From Bilabrum cf. latius (taxonomy: Eukaryota), in contig OZ237761.1 of the NCBI GenBank assembly GCA_965178125.1, positions 124,001 through 188,000 of the forward strand: a stretch of DNA of 64,000 nucleotides, given 5' to 3'. Shown here piece by piece: positions 11,650 to 24,800 of the stretch. The first letter of the stretch is position 1. Every line of letters starts with the position of its first letter. The position numbers were made by a program, and so were the translations under genes. The notes under the pieces were generated by a model. The model was not told where the DNA came from. It did no database searches and was given only the letters and a program-made list of their open reading frames with translations.

Positions 11650-14600
11650 GACCAATGGCGAACATGGCCGCAGTCTACAGGTGCCAACATGGCGCACGAG
11701 ACCAGTCCGCCTTCCAGATGATCTTCAACACCAAGAACCGCAAGCAGCTGAAACGAACGTTCACCTCGTGGCTGCTGGAACTTCCGTGGTTTGGTTCGAT
11801 TTTTTTCCCCAAGTGCAGCATATTTGAGGCCACTCGTAGAGCCACTTTCCATCATTTAAGCCACAATATATCCACAGAATTGTTAATATCAACTATATTT
11901 ACATCTTATCACGGCACTAATATTGATGCTGCGCAGATCGAAAGCGTATTTCTGGACCAGCCAGTAGGTCCTGCCCTGGGCGGCAAGATCGCTGTCCTGT
12001 ACATGAACATTTTGTCCCTCTAACCCGCCTACAACACATGCAATATTCTCATAGAATCAAATGGGGCGCTGCATATTCACTGCATCTGGATTTTAGGCTC
12101 ATAAATGGACCAGCCACAACTGCTTCTCCAAACTGCAATCGCGTACCTGTAGCTCTAATAGAAGTGTTTCTACACTAAATGACCATCTCGTGGAGATATC
12201 TATATACTTTAAAATAAATCGTGCCATTATGAAGTGATTTGCTTCATACGGCGTCGCTTTTCAAGGCAATAATCGACCTGCGAGATTGAACTCTATGCTG
12301 CTGTCTAGCGCATTCATCTTGTGTCCAGCAGACTCATATTGCAGATATATCGATAACTCAGAGTATATTTCGTCATATTAGATCTACAATGCACCATTGT
12401 ACGGTCCAGCTGGTGAATTCAGAGTGAAGTGGTGACGAATTTTTTGGCTGTAGCTGCCGTCAAATAATCGATATTGGGTGTAACACCAGCTAATTACATA
12501 AATAAATAATATTTAAGTTGTATTATGCCAATGATTATCACGTCTAGGCCTCCAGAAGCACTCGAGGGTGGTGTCCAGTGTCGTCGCAAAGATCCAGTGC
12601 TCCGACCGGATGTCCAATAGATGGGCCACATACGGATTAAATGGCCACAAAATGGATTTGCATGCTTATTAGCTACATGAATTGGGGATGCAGTAGTCGG
12701 TGATACAAGTATGTGGTGTGCAAGCGGTAGATTATTTGAAGTGTCGTACTGGCACGAAGTCCCGATTTCTGCCATACAAACGGCACATTTCATATTATGG
12801 CCATCGTTGTGGTATGTAAATACTAAAATTATACCTATTCAGCATAACGTAAGATATTTTACTGTAACGTGAATCGAGCAATACACGATTGTCCATCTTC
12901 ATACAGCCACGCTAATCTCGCTGTTGTCTTCGAAATATGATTCATTTACTCCCACACTGCCGAGATTATGAATAATTAAGTACATTTCTTTAGTTTGGTG
13001 GCAGCGATCATGCACGTCACGTTTGGAACTGCAGTATGTGCAGCTCCGGTTGCAGATCAGTTTCAGCCGAGCCGCGTGCGTAAACTAGCACCTAAATTGA
13101 GAATGATATGCACAGTCTGGCGAGCTTCCTGTATTGCAGAATACATGAATATATAGCAGAGCCGATAAATTCATCAGTTTAAGGCTGGATACTTGCATGA
13201 ACTCAACCGGGGCTTGCGCGGTGCCATGGGTTCAACCAAGCCAGTCATAGGTGCTATGCGACTGAAAGTTGCCAAACCCACATTTTTATATCAATACATA
13301 CCAGATGGGACAGAAGGAATTTCGACATCGTCAGAATCAAGCAGCCCATTGGCGCCTATGCTATTTGTTCAAAAAGCTCCAGCGTACTCACGCCATATTT
13401 CTGGACACAAACAACACGAAAGCCAGCGCAATACATAAATACGTCATATTTCATTTCATCTATAGCAGTTTTGGCGATGAACTGTCACTGTTGGTCGGGT
13501 GAATTGCAAAACGGGGGATTTTTCCCGGGATTTTTCCCAGACTGGCACAACCTGACGAGTGCCTATATCCTACGGGACGCGACTGCACTGCTGAAGTCGA
13601 GCTCCAGCACGCACGCTGCCGGTATACTGCGCGAAGCAGAAACGATGCACCCGGTAGCGACAGACGCCTGGGCAAAGTTTGACGAGGACTCTGTAGGCAT
13701 GAAATACCTACAGAGCTGCATCGGTTTGGACAATTCCCGGATCCTCGGCCCTTCGGCCATGCCGGCGATAGCACGGAGCACCTGGCGAGGCCGAGACGGC
13801 CGCCTCATCCTACGATGGCTCACTGGGCGTTACCCTCGGGAAGGGACCATGCACCACAGAGGAGAACGCTCGGTACAGGCCGAAATGATGCGCGCGGAAG
13901 CCACGCACACGGACGTACCCTGGGCACCCACGGCAGTGGGGAGAGCACTATGGATGGAACACGTCAAAACGGAGCAGGTGCTGACACAGGAACACCGAGG
14001 GGACGCAGACTCCTTGGAGCTCTCAATCGTCCAAGGCACCCTCGAACAACTCCAAGAACGGTGCCGACGTGCAATCCGACGCTTGTAGCAGAGGGCCAAT
14101 GAGAGCTTCGGACGAGCCATCGAGGGGTTGTAGTCCTGCCAACTGTGCGTAGCTGAACAACTCAGCTCGGGCAGCCCAACAGCCCGAGACCTTGCAATCC
14201 GAGCCCACCCGCTCGGACACATACTGAATCCCTCCGAGAACTAGTTCATCGGAGAGTGGATGACAGGAACGCTGGGCCGTTGCGCCCTCAGCAAGGAGCT
14301 TCAGGTGCTAGAACGCATCTGGGCGAAGGGAACGGCAAGGCTAGCACGCTCCCGGATCTGGAGCAGGCAACAAGCCCTAGAGGCGGACTATGTGGCGGTC
14401 TGGTGGCGAGAGGCTGAACGCCTCACGCCTCGCCAGGCCTTCCTCGCGCATGCTCCCTCACTGCGGACGTTCGACTGGGTCTGACTCCCAGGAGATCTCA
14501 ACGCGATGCGCTCAGGACACGGGTCCTAGGCATGTATCGGTCTTAACCAGACCAACTATTTCTTTAGAGGCCTTTTCAGGTCCTGACTGGCTCCGCCAAC

Positions 14601-14714
14601 GCGGGTACAGCTGGGTCCCCTGTTAAGGTGCGCGTTACTTTGGTGGCAGTCCTCGGATTGTCTCTGGTATTGAATTGCGTGCGAAAACTCTATTTTCTCT
14701 CTCTCTCTCTCTCT
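11650..14714 (+). mobile_element. 3' fragment of the same LINE family as 3672-9330, interrupted by an AT-rich insert; ends in (TC)n
   Basis: 11650-11773 and 13558 onward match the reverse complement of ~3672-4415. The ORF runs through 3 TAGs to TGA at 14484. TC repeats at 14696-14714. Confidence 0.85.
11774..13557. mobile_element. AT-rich insertion of unknown type, possibly a DNA-transposon remnant
   Basis: Splits the LINE ORF and is much lower in GC than its flanks. Right end ctggcacaacctg resembles a hAT-like terminus; no matching left TIR was found. Confidence 0.45.
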
Positions 14715-15309
14715 GGAGTGGCCGCAGCAGGAGCTGGTGGTCAAGTGGACGAGCAAGTGGCAGCGGAGGCTGCGCAGCTCGGAGCGGCACTGCAGCAGGC
14801 TGGTGGGGCTGGCGGTGCGTAGGGCATGGGTTTGGAGGCAGCTGAAGAGCCTGTCATACCACCAGTGAACGTCGCACCTGCGGCAGGAGCTGATGGTGAG
14901 GCAGCAGATCAGGCAGCTGATCCGGACGCGATCGAACACGAAGGCAATGCGAACGCCGAAGGATTGCAAGCAACGCAGAACCCCCACGGAGGAGCAGCCC
15001 AGCTTGCGAACCCTGCGGCGTGAGCCTGCTGATCCGTTCGACCTACCTGATGCGATTGCCCCACGGGGTGGTCGTTGCAGTTGGGTAGTGTGTGCTTTGA
15101 TACAGATATATCTATTCTCTCTCTCTGACCGCCGGCGCACCCACTTGCTTGTCAAAAACAGAGAAATCCTACCAGGAAAGTTGGTTAGTATATATACCTA
15201 CCCAAAAGTCCAGGCAATTCGGCCCTGTGCTGTGATCTGAGAGAGCAAGAGAAAACTCGGACGGAGGCGCACCCTGGCCCGACGAGCTGTCCTGGCAACG
15301 GGTCCTACC

Positions 15310-16372
15310 ATGGAGACCCGGCGGAAAACGAAGCTTCAGTGTATGCAACAACTCGAAAAATCTGCAGTTGAGGATGATAAGCCTGCGATCAAGCGGTACG
15401 CGTGCGATTCCTGCACGCTTGCACGGGTGAGGCACGATCGGCCGGGCGCGCATCCAGCAACCAGCCATGCTCGACTGCTATTACACTGCCATTCGTTCTT
15501 TTATATCGTAGGTAAAGTGTGTGTACCCTGGAACCAGCGGAAAGTGCCAGCGTTGCACCGATCGTTGGCTCGATTGCAGTTTCGTGTGCAAGCATCGTAA
15601 GCTGGCGCGCGCGCCGGCCCAAAACAAGACGCCATCGTGTCCCGACCATGTCAAGATCGGAAAAGGATATCCTGAACGCCTACGAGTGGCACTGAGACGC
15701 GACAGAAGTAATTCCCATGGTCTGGACCTGCGCGGGGGCTGGCTTGTGGATGCACTTGATGCTGAAGTCGCCAGAGAGGCAAGCAGGAAGGCATACGAGT
15801 ATTTCGGACGGGATCCAGCCAAGAAAGGAGTGGCAACAACGTCGGAGTTGGAGGATGGGAAGCCTAAGCACCGCTTGATGGCCGACATCGTACCTGGGAC
15901 TCCACTGCACCGTGCACTGGCCCCTGCACTGCGCAGATTGGGCAAGGCGGTGCGCGAGCTGATCGGTGACCCGAAGGCTATGCTGGTGAAGCCCATTCTG
16001 TTGCTGTCATTGCCGGGGTGCCCGCCTCAGACCTTCCACCGTGACCTGATGCCAAGCAAGCAGTGGGCCAGCCCGGGCACGGGAGAGTGGTGCGGTGGCG
16101 TAGTGATGGCACTGGATGAGGGCGCCTACCTGGACTGGTTCCCGGGGTCGCACTGCCTGGTGAGTCCACACAAGAAGGTCAAGCCGGTACGCGAGTCGAT
16201 TCCTGTGGGCGGTTGCTTCGTATTCCACGCCAGCACGGTGCATGCCGGTGGGAGCTACGAGCGGGCCAACCTGCGCATCCATACCTACCTCAAATGTGGT
16301 CAGCGCGGGGTGAATGACGCTCGTGTAGCTCGCCGGGTTCCCGATCAACTCGAACCCAGCAGTGGCGTGTGA
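15310..16372 (+). CDS. Zn(II)2Cys6 cluster fused to a PhyH-like 2OG/Fe(II) dioxygenase; intron 15427-15511
   Basis: Removing GTGAGG...CGTAG gives ACDSCTLARVKCVYPGTSGKCQRCTDRWLDC (C-x2-C-x6-C-x8-C-x2-C-x6-C). Downstream are HRD and HAGG (HxD...H triad) plus a distal R in NLRIH. Confidence 0.8.
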
Positions 16373-16376
16373 GACC

Positions 16377-17060
16377 ATGGACAGGTTCGTCCAAATCGTG
16401 CATGTCCTGGCTGAGCGATGGGTCCTCATGCGCCAGAAGAGAGATGTCACCAAGATGATCGCATACATCGAGAAGAGCCCCAAGTTCAAGCAAGTCGACA
16501 AGCGTGCTTCGAGGCTCTTGGACAGCATCGATGCATCCATCGTTCCGACAGGCACGGACCCCATGGCCCTACTCACTGCTGGAGACCCAGGCAACTCTAA
16601 TGGCCAGACGACTCTGCAGTGGCAAGACCAAGCACCAAGGCAAGGACAGCAAGGTACGGCCCGGCCAGGTCCACAGCCCTCTGCGCCCCGTCCTCAAGTC
16701 GCGCCACAACCAAGGACACAAGCAGAACCAAGACCAGCGCTACCGGGACCACGGCCAGGGCAAAGGCCAACGAGAACGCGTCCGGCTCTACCCCCTCCAA
16801 CGGGCGGTACTGGTATCGACCTCGTGCCGTACAAGCCAGGCGAGCAAGCGCCCATGTCCCTCGCTGGGGGGGATGCTGTCGGTGGTCTGGCCACCTTCAC
16901 CCCCTACAGTGTTCGCGAGTAGGATAATACTGATTGGGACGAGGAGGATGAGGAAGTCCCGGACGGTGAAAGCGACGATGATCAGGCCGATGCAGACGAG
17001 GACAGCGACGAGAGCTCGGATGGCGACCTCACGTACGAGTCCGTGTACCGGAAGCCGTGA
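16377..17060 (+). CDS. Hypothetical protein with Pro/Gln-rich middle and acidic C-terminus (1 TAG)
   Basis: ATG at 16377, TAG at 16920-16922 read through, TGA at 17058-17060. Starts 4 nt after the dioxygenase stop. Confidence 0.55.
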
Positions 17061-17205
17061 CAGTTGCATGGGTCGGGTTGATTGCACAGATTGAACAGAC
17101 TGTATTGACTGAATTGATGCCAGCAAATCTTTTAATGTGCTCAGGCGATGGTGCATCTGCCTCCATCTGCGACGAGGATCTAACTCGTACCTGCTCAACA
17201 GCACC

Positions 17206-18336
17206 TTATGGAACGTCACCCTCCTCCCCACTCCCCCTGCCTGCCGGCCCGGCTCGCTTGGCGTCTTCGAACTTCATCGCCATCGGCGAAACTCCGGCTT
17301 CCCCACCTTGGCTTCTGCCAATGGAGCGACCTGTTCCAACTGCAGAGCTCGGCGGTGCATGTCCCGGCGTAGTGGCTGGATTAGCCTTTGCGTATTTCGC
17401 CCATTCACTATGCCGATCATCCAGGACACGTGTTAACCCGGCTGGCACAGCCCTGCTATCAGATTCCTCTTCGTCGGTAGAGGTACTCAGCAAGTTTCCC
17501 TCCAAAGCTCGCAGAGACTCCACACCGCTGAACAGTGGAACTTCAACTGCCACGACAGCCGCCTTGCTATCCCCGTACTGAATCACGACCTCTGGTACTT
17601 TCACCATTGGTTCACTCTGAACAACTCCAAGACATCCCAATGAAAACTCAGGTCCAACAGCTCGGAAACACTTCTGAACCCTCGATGCAGTTGATTGATG
17701 GACGAGAACGTATTCCGTAAGTTCCGCAGAAGCCTCAGGGAAGAAATGCCCAATAAGCTCTGATCTGAGGCGAAGACCAATAAGATCGTTCACAACGGAC
17801 TCCCTTTGCAACAGCTCGTTCTCTTTGGCCGGGATCAAGCACACGATGTTGTCGTCCTTAACAGCTTCCGTCACATACTCGCGCAGATACTGTTGCCCCT
17901 CCAAAACTCTCTTCGGAAGATTCGTGGCTTTATCCACCGCTTGCCCTGCGAATGTTCTGTTGTACTTCTTGATGAATTCGACGTTTCCCCTGAAGGTCAT
18001 CGATCCGCAACCAGTAGTGGTTTGCTTCTAGTTGCAAACAATTCCGACTTGCTAGAAGGCCTCTTGAAGACGCTGCAGAGGGACGACTTGTTTTGGGGGG
18101 GCCTTCTTCTTGCCCTTTCCCTCCGAAGTGATACCCATCCAGCCAACCTTAAGGATGGAGAGATCACTTCGACGAATGCCTGAAGGAAACCTCACACGTT
18201 CTGATTTAATGTCTGCAACCCATACAGCATATACATAACCATGGAGGTCGCTTTCACCCCCAGTTCCAGCTCCAGAAGACGCCATACCTGGAACAGACTG
18301 TGAGTGGTTTTGTGGTGATCGGATCAGAAACATCAA
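17206..18336 (-). CDS. Hypothetical protein (2 TAGs, TAA stop); start uncertain
   Basis: Track ORFs 18052-18336 and 17206-18000 are in frame and separated only by two TAGs. Confidence 0.55.
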
Positions 18337-18822
18337 CGAAGGTTCGTCTAATAACGAACCGGTGAACAGACCTCACAGCGATCTAGGGTGCGCCTTGGGT
18401 GCGCCTTGGGTGCGCGGGCCTCTGAAATAGGCCCATAGGCGCACCCTAGATATCTCTAAGGGAAATGTATATATATACGATCTGAGGGCACCAATCGACA
18501 GATCTCAGCGAGCAGAATCCAAAAATTTCTTCAGCGACCTCGTTTGCGAAGGTTCTTTTGCTGTCATTTTTGTGCACCTTACCTCCAATTCTTATATATT
18601 TGCACCAAATGCTAGCACGTCGCACTGAAAGCATATCCATACCAAAAGTGCATAATGATTGAATGATATCTTTGTTATTCTTGATACGCCGTCATGTAGT
18701 GATGATAGTGTTGTAGACGTTACAGAATCCCCGTTGCACACTATTGTGGATCTCACGGGACAAAATGGAAAGCTAGTGGAGTCCATGTGCCCACTTCTTC
18801 GAACACAAACGTACACAATTTA

Positions 18823-21800
18823 TTAATCAAGCAAAAATTCTGCTTCGACACACTCCGCAAGGGTAACGTCCCAGGCACTCACGTCTGAGCACTGTACAGC
18901 GCGATGAGCAGTTGGTGAGGCCAGCAAGGTCTCTGAGATTGAGGTCGCTCGGTGGGCGCAGGACCCGCTCGAGGAGCAGGCTCAGATGCGACGTAGCGAT
19001 GCGGAGGAGTGCGAGAGAGAGAGAATAGATATAGCGAGAGAGAGAGAGAGAGAGAGGGCAGCTAGGGGGGGGAGGGTAGAGCAAAGGGAGGGGGGGACGA
19101 CGGTTCACCGGGACGGGGGAGGAAATGGTGGAAGAGAAGATGATCGGTGGGGTCATTGGGTTGATGAGGCGGATAGGAAGGGGGAGGCACAGGCCGGGCA
19201 GGTGTGGGTTGGGCATGTGTGACGAGTGACTCGGATCAGGGGGATCGGATCACCGACCACATGCGGATGTGGAAGTTGAGAGGTCACAATTAGACTCGAG
19301 CGGCAATCAAGCCGCGTGCTATTCGGGCGCTGAGGGGCAGCGTTCGCCAGTTTTCGCTTTATTAACCTCTTGCTCTACTATGGATTCAAGTTAGGCATCA
19401 CAGAAGCGCACAGAGCGCGCTGAACGTCGGGCGGCATCAAAGAGCCGGTCCAATTCTGTATCTTCTGGCGGGGCTCCGGCGTTCGCCAGTTTTCTTTTTT
19501 TGGTAACTTTGAGGATGGGCTCTCGGAGGAAACCAACTGCAACCATGTGTGACTGTCTGCGAGATTAGGGTGCTGTGTACAACGTGTGATCTCAGTTGGT
19601 GAGGCCAGCAAGGTCTCTGAGATTGAGGTCGCTCGGTGGGCGCAGGACCCGCTCGAGGAGCAGGCCTCCACCTCGCGGCCGACAGTCACCGACCCCGGAG
19701 TGAGCAAGGTGTCCAAAGTCTCCAGCAACTGCGCCTGCTTGTGTGCCGTCAGGGAGACCCGCATGGCCTCACCATCCACATGATATCCCACGAACTCGGT
19801 AGACGGGCTCAACAGTGCCTAGTTGCATCTGCTGGGGGGGGACCAGCTGGCGCCATGGTTGGCGGTGTCGGTGTTGCATCGGACGAGTCAGTGGGCGGGG
19901 GTGCTGCGGGCTGGCGCGGTGTTCAAGGCCAGCGGTATCGGCCTGCGCCGTCTGACCGACGCCTTGCGGGGCCGGCTGCACCGTGATTCGCGGGCGGGTC
20001 ATCGTGCCCAGGCGTGGGCAGGGTTGGTGGCTTTGTATGGCTCCCGGGGGGGCAAGGGGGCCTCGCAGGCGGCTGCCTCGGCCATGTTCTCGCTCGCTTG
20101 GGATGCCATTCGTACCGAGGCGCTGTCCGCCTGCCCGACCTCCATGGCAAATGTCCGCCGTCTTGGTGGTGGCTGGGTCCGCGTGTTCGAGGAATGGGAG
20201 TCCGGCTCTCCTTCTCCTTCCTCTGGCTCGGAGATGACTTCGACCCGCCGGCTGGTGTTCCCTTCGTGGGGTCTGCATGGGGCGGACGCCGTGCAGGAGG
20301 CTGGTGACGCCGGCGTCCTCGGCGACGTGGCAGTTCGGATGCGCACGGAGGCATCGCGGCGCGACTCGGAGTCGAAATGCCGGTGGGACGCGCTGTTCCC
20401 TGGGTCCCCTTCCCATACCTAATCGGTTGGGGGTCCAGGGGCTGACGGGATGACGCAGGTCTCGTGTTCCTGGGCCCCCGCGTGTGGCTCTGTCTCTCCG
20501 GGTGGGAGGCGGCGCGCACGGTCGGTGGGGAAGGGCGAGGGCTCGGTTCGGGGGCCTGCGCATTCACAGGGAAGGGCTCTGTATCGGTCTGAGTCGACAG
20601 GCCGGGCAGGGCAGGCGGGGGTGCAGATACATTCTTGGTAGTCGGTTGGTAGGCCAGTGCGTGCCGGGGCACGGCTGCAGAAGGTTACTTCGGGCGGATA
20701 GGCAGGAAGGTCGGCCACACTCGCAAGTGGTGCGGCATCGGGTGCAGAGACGACTCGGAGTGGGCGGCAGGCGTCGTCCTGGCGTTCTCATTCCGGTGGG
20801 AGGGAGCGGTGTGTTTCGGGTGCAGGGCCAGGTGGGGGCTCTGCGGGTGGTCGTACGTCGGGTCTCTATGCGGAGGGGCTCGGCGGGGGTGGGCGAGGTG
20901 GCCTCGAGGGTAGGATGGGTTCGGACCCGCGCCTCGGGGCTGCTTCGTGGCGGTGTGGTGCTATTGGGCGGGGTGGTGTTCGTGCGCGTGCGATTGGTCG
21001 CTCTGGTGCTGCTGCTCGTGGGCGCGTGGTTGCTGATGGGGCGGCCGGTGTTGATGCTGGTGCTCGGGCCCGTGCTCGGGCTCGTGCTCGTGATCGTGCT
21101 GGTGCTGGAGATGGTGCTGGTGCTGGTGCTGGTGCTGGTGCTGGTGCTGGTGCTGGTGCTGGTGCTGGTGCGGGTGCTGGTGCTGGTGCTGGTGCGGGTG
21201 CTGGTGCTGGTGTTGGTGATCGTGCGGGTGCTGGTGCTGGTGCTGGTGCTGGTGCTGGCGCTGGTGCTGGTGCTGGTGCTGGTGCTGGTGCTGGAGATGG
21301 TGCTGGCGATGGTGCTGGTGCTGGAGATGGTGCTGGTGCTGGCGATGGTGCTGGAGATGGTGCTGGAGATGGTGCTGGTGCTGGTGTTGGTGACCGTGCG
21401 GGTGCTGGTGCGGGTGCTGGTGCTGGTGCTGGTGCTGGTGCTGGTGCTGGTGCTGGTGCTGGTGCTGGTACTGATGCTGGTGCTGGTGCTGGTGCTGGTG
21501 CTGGTGCTGGTGCTGGTGCTGGTGCTGGTGCTCGTGCTGGTGCTCGTGCTGGTGCTCGGCGGGCCTCGGGTGGTCTTACCTGGCAGGCGTGTTAGGGGCG
21601 GCGTCGCGCGGCGGTTCTCGCTCCGGGCGCTGCGCGCGTGCTGCGGACTCGCTTGCCTCGGCGTCGTCAGGCGCCCTCGCCGTGGTCCCCATTCAGCCAA
21701 GGTCAGATCCGCAGCTGGCTCGGCGCGGGCCTCGATCGCCTCGACGTCGTACCAGTGCCGTGGCACGAAGCTCCGGAGCCTCGTCATCATCCTCGGTTGT

Positions 21801-24800
21801 CACGGTGGACCGCCGGTGGTCCGGAAAGCCAAGAGTGTCCTCCACGGCTGGGTGTGCACGGCCGCTTCACGCATCCGCTCGACGCTGACGTTGCTGTGGC
21901 GGCCGCTGATCCTCTGGGTCGTCGGTGTACGATGGAGATGGCCTGGAGATGGATCCGTTATTTCCGCTGCTGGATGGGCCGCCGACGACGGCTGGTGGGT
22001 GGAAGTCGCTGTCGGATGGGGAGAAAGCCGTGGCCATTCGGCTCTGGGGTGCCCCTCTGTGTTTGGATGGTTCGCCATTGCCTGCTCCGGTCCCGGCCCA
22101 TAGTGGTTCCGGCAGCTCGTCAGGGGAACAGCTCCTTGAAGGGGGTCTGGCCCTTGGCCGCGGGTGGCGGATCGCGGTGCCCGGGGCGGTGGCTCCTCGC
22201 TGCCGCGCGAGTCGTACCATCATGATCCCCAAGGCCCACGGTGCTGGTTCACGGAGCATCACGGACATGTCGGCATTTGACTCCTCGGGTCTGCGGCAGG
22301 GCCCCAATCGGCAGATCAACCCGGAGCCGTACGCGGAGGCTGTCATGGACCGCATCGACGTGCTCGGTTCCAAGCTCCGGGCCATGGAGGCGGCGTGCCT
22401 GCGGCGGGGTGAGCCGGCTGAGTTCACGTTGTTCGTGCTGGACTGGAGCAAGTTCTTTCGGTTGCTCCCTACCGACCTCACTGAGGCGGGGGCGGTCTGG
22501 GGTTCGTTTGGCCAGGTCGCGATGATAGACGTGACCGCCTCCATGGGTTCGCGCTCGAGTCCTGCATTTGCGTGCACCCTAGGCCGAGGCTTCCATCAGG
22601 CCTTCCGGGATCGGCTGCGGGAGGTGACTCCACAACAGCTGTGTGACATGGGTACCTACGTTGACGACTGCGCGGTCATCTGTATCACCCGGCACGCGGA
22701 TTGGCTTCTGGCTCGTCTGCACCATGACTCCGAGGCGTTGGGCCTGCGGGTGTCCGTGTCAAAGGCTCGGACGCAGGATCTGAGCCCGTCTACCGAGTTC
22801 GTGGGATATCATGTGGATGGTGAGGCCATGCGGGTCTCCCTGACGGCACACAAGCAGGCGCAGTTGCTGGAGACTTTGGACACCTTGCTCACTCCGGGGT
22901 CGGTGACTGTCGGCCGCGAGGTGGAGGTTGTCACCGGTCGGCTCCTGCACGCGGCAGATGCGTTGTGGGTGCTGCGGCCCTTGTTGGCCCCCCTGTTATC
23001 GCTGTACCTCCCTTTACGGCGTCAGGGTCGGCTGGTGCAACGGGTGGCGGTTCCTCCATCGGTCGTGCCTTCCCTTCGGCTCGTGCGGGAGGTGATCGCC
23101 GCTAACCCGGGTCGCAGCTTCCCTCGCCGGTTCGATGTCGACAGAGACTTCTCGGTGTGGTGTGACGCGTCGACCACAGGGTTCGGCGCTGTCTTGCGTC
23201 ACGGGCGGCGGCGGGCGGTGGCGGCCTGCTTTTACGGGACTTGGGCTGTGACTCTGGGCCCGGGGGATATGCCTGCTGCGGAGCTGGCCGTGGCTGTGAT
23301 GGCGGTGGAGGTGTGGGGCTCTCGCCTGCGGAACCGGATCGTGGAGGTGCACTCAGACTCGTCGGCTGCCGTGAAGGCCCTCAGGAAAGGTAGATCTGAC
23401 TCGGAGCGCATGAATGCCTTGTTGCATCACGCACTCCGTCATTCAGCTTTGCTCGACTTCGCCATCTACCCGCAGCATTGTCCGTCCCGGTTCAATCAGC
23501 TCGCCGACCGCCTGAGCCGGATGTCCCAGCTTTCCTCCAAGCAGAGGACAGCTTCGATGACAAGATTGGGGCAGCCCGCTCACCGGCAGATCTGTCCGTG
23601 GCCGATTTGGCTGGTGCTGTAGCGCGACGTGTCCTTGGCGGCGGTGGACGATCCGGGTTCTCCAACCTCCGCCTAGGCTGGCGGCGGCTCCGTGACTTCT
23701 TCGGTGCCCTCTCCGCCGACCAACGTGCGGAGCTCCGGTCCATTGCGGCCGGCTCCGGGTTCAGCGGCGGTTCCTGCAGCTTCGACGCGGGCGGTATCTG
23801 GCAGAATGGCCCTCAGTCACTCGGGGTCCTCTGCCAGTGGTGGGCCCTCTGGCTCGACAAGAAGGACCCAGAGCTCCAGGGGTCCTCGATCGGGACCTAC
23901 GTCAGGAATGCCTGGCGCGTCCACGCGGTTGCCGGGCGCTTCGAGCGGGGCATGCCCTCGTGGCTCTCCACGGCTCTCCTCCAGATCGGGTAGTCCAAGC
24001 GTCGGCCCCTCGCTGGTCCGGGTTCGGAGCTCGTCTCCAAGGCGCTCATCCCACTCCGGGCCTTGGGCGAGTGGTTCGCCGGCGACACCTGGAGCGCGGC
24101 CCGGGCCGCCGCTGGCCTCTGCTGGGCAGGGGGCTTCCGGTTGGGCGAGCTTGTTCCGGTCGACCCGTCCGATGCCAGCCGGGGCATCTGTCGGGGGTTC
24201 TGTCAGCTCACGTGTGACGAGGCCGGTCGGATCCTCAGCTTCACAGCCCGGCTCCGGACCAACAAGAGCCGGAGGAGTCGGGTAGTCTCCGTCGCGGCGG
24301 CCCTCCCCTTGGAGTGGGGCAGGCATGGGCTTGTCGGGGCTCGCACGTGCGGCCTCCGAGTCTTCCTCGAGTGGCTCCGGCGCCGTACTGGGGCGTCCTC
24401 GGCGGCGACGCTCGACGCGTGGTTGAGGTCTGGTCCTGTGGGGGGTTCCGGCAGTCCTCACGTGTTCTCGGGGTTGTCGGCGGCGCGGGTGGCGCGGGAG
24501 ATGCAGGCGGCCACTGGGCATTCCGCTGTCACAGGTCACTCTCTTCGTGGTACGGCGGCCTCGGCTCTGCATGCCTAGGGGGTTGGCATCCTGGATCTGT
24601 AGCAGTTTGGTGGCTGGGACAGCCCCAACTCCGTACGAGCGTACTTGAAGAGTGTGCAGGCCAACCTCTAGCCACTCCCGATCCCTGCCGGGATCCGCTC
24701 AACCCAGTTCCAACTCATGCTAGCAGCCGTACTCAACTGCTCCATCTCAACCAAGTAACTGGAAGAACTTGGTAACTTTGAGGATGGGCTCTCGGAGGAA

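Noticed and set aside
20420-20422. TAA as a sense codon in the gag-like region
   Set aside because: Isolated case that may be a true stop. No in-frame TAA occurs in thousands of codons of intact genes.
20484-22103. Poly-(Val-Leu) membrane protein or poly-(Ser-Thr) mucin ORFs
   Set aside because: Alternative frames of the GGTGCT hexamer repeat.
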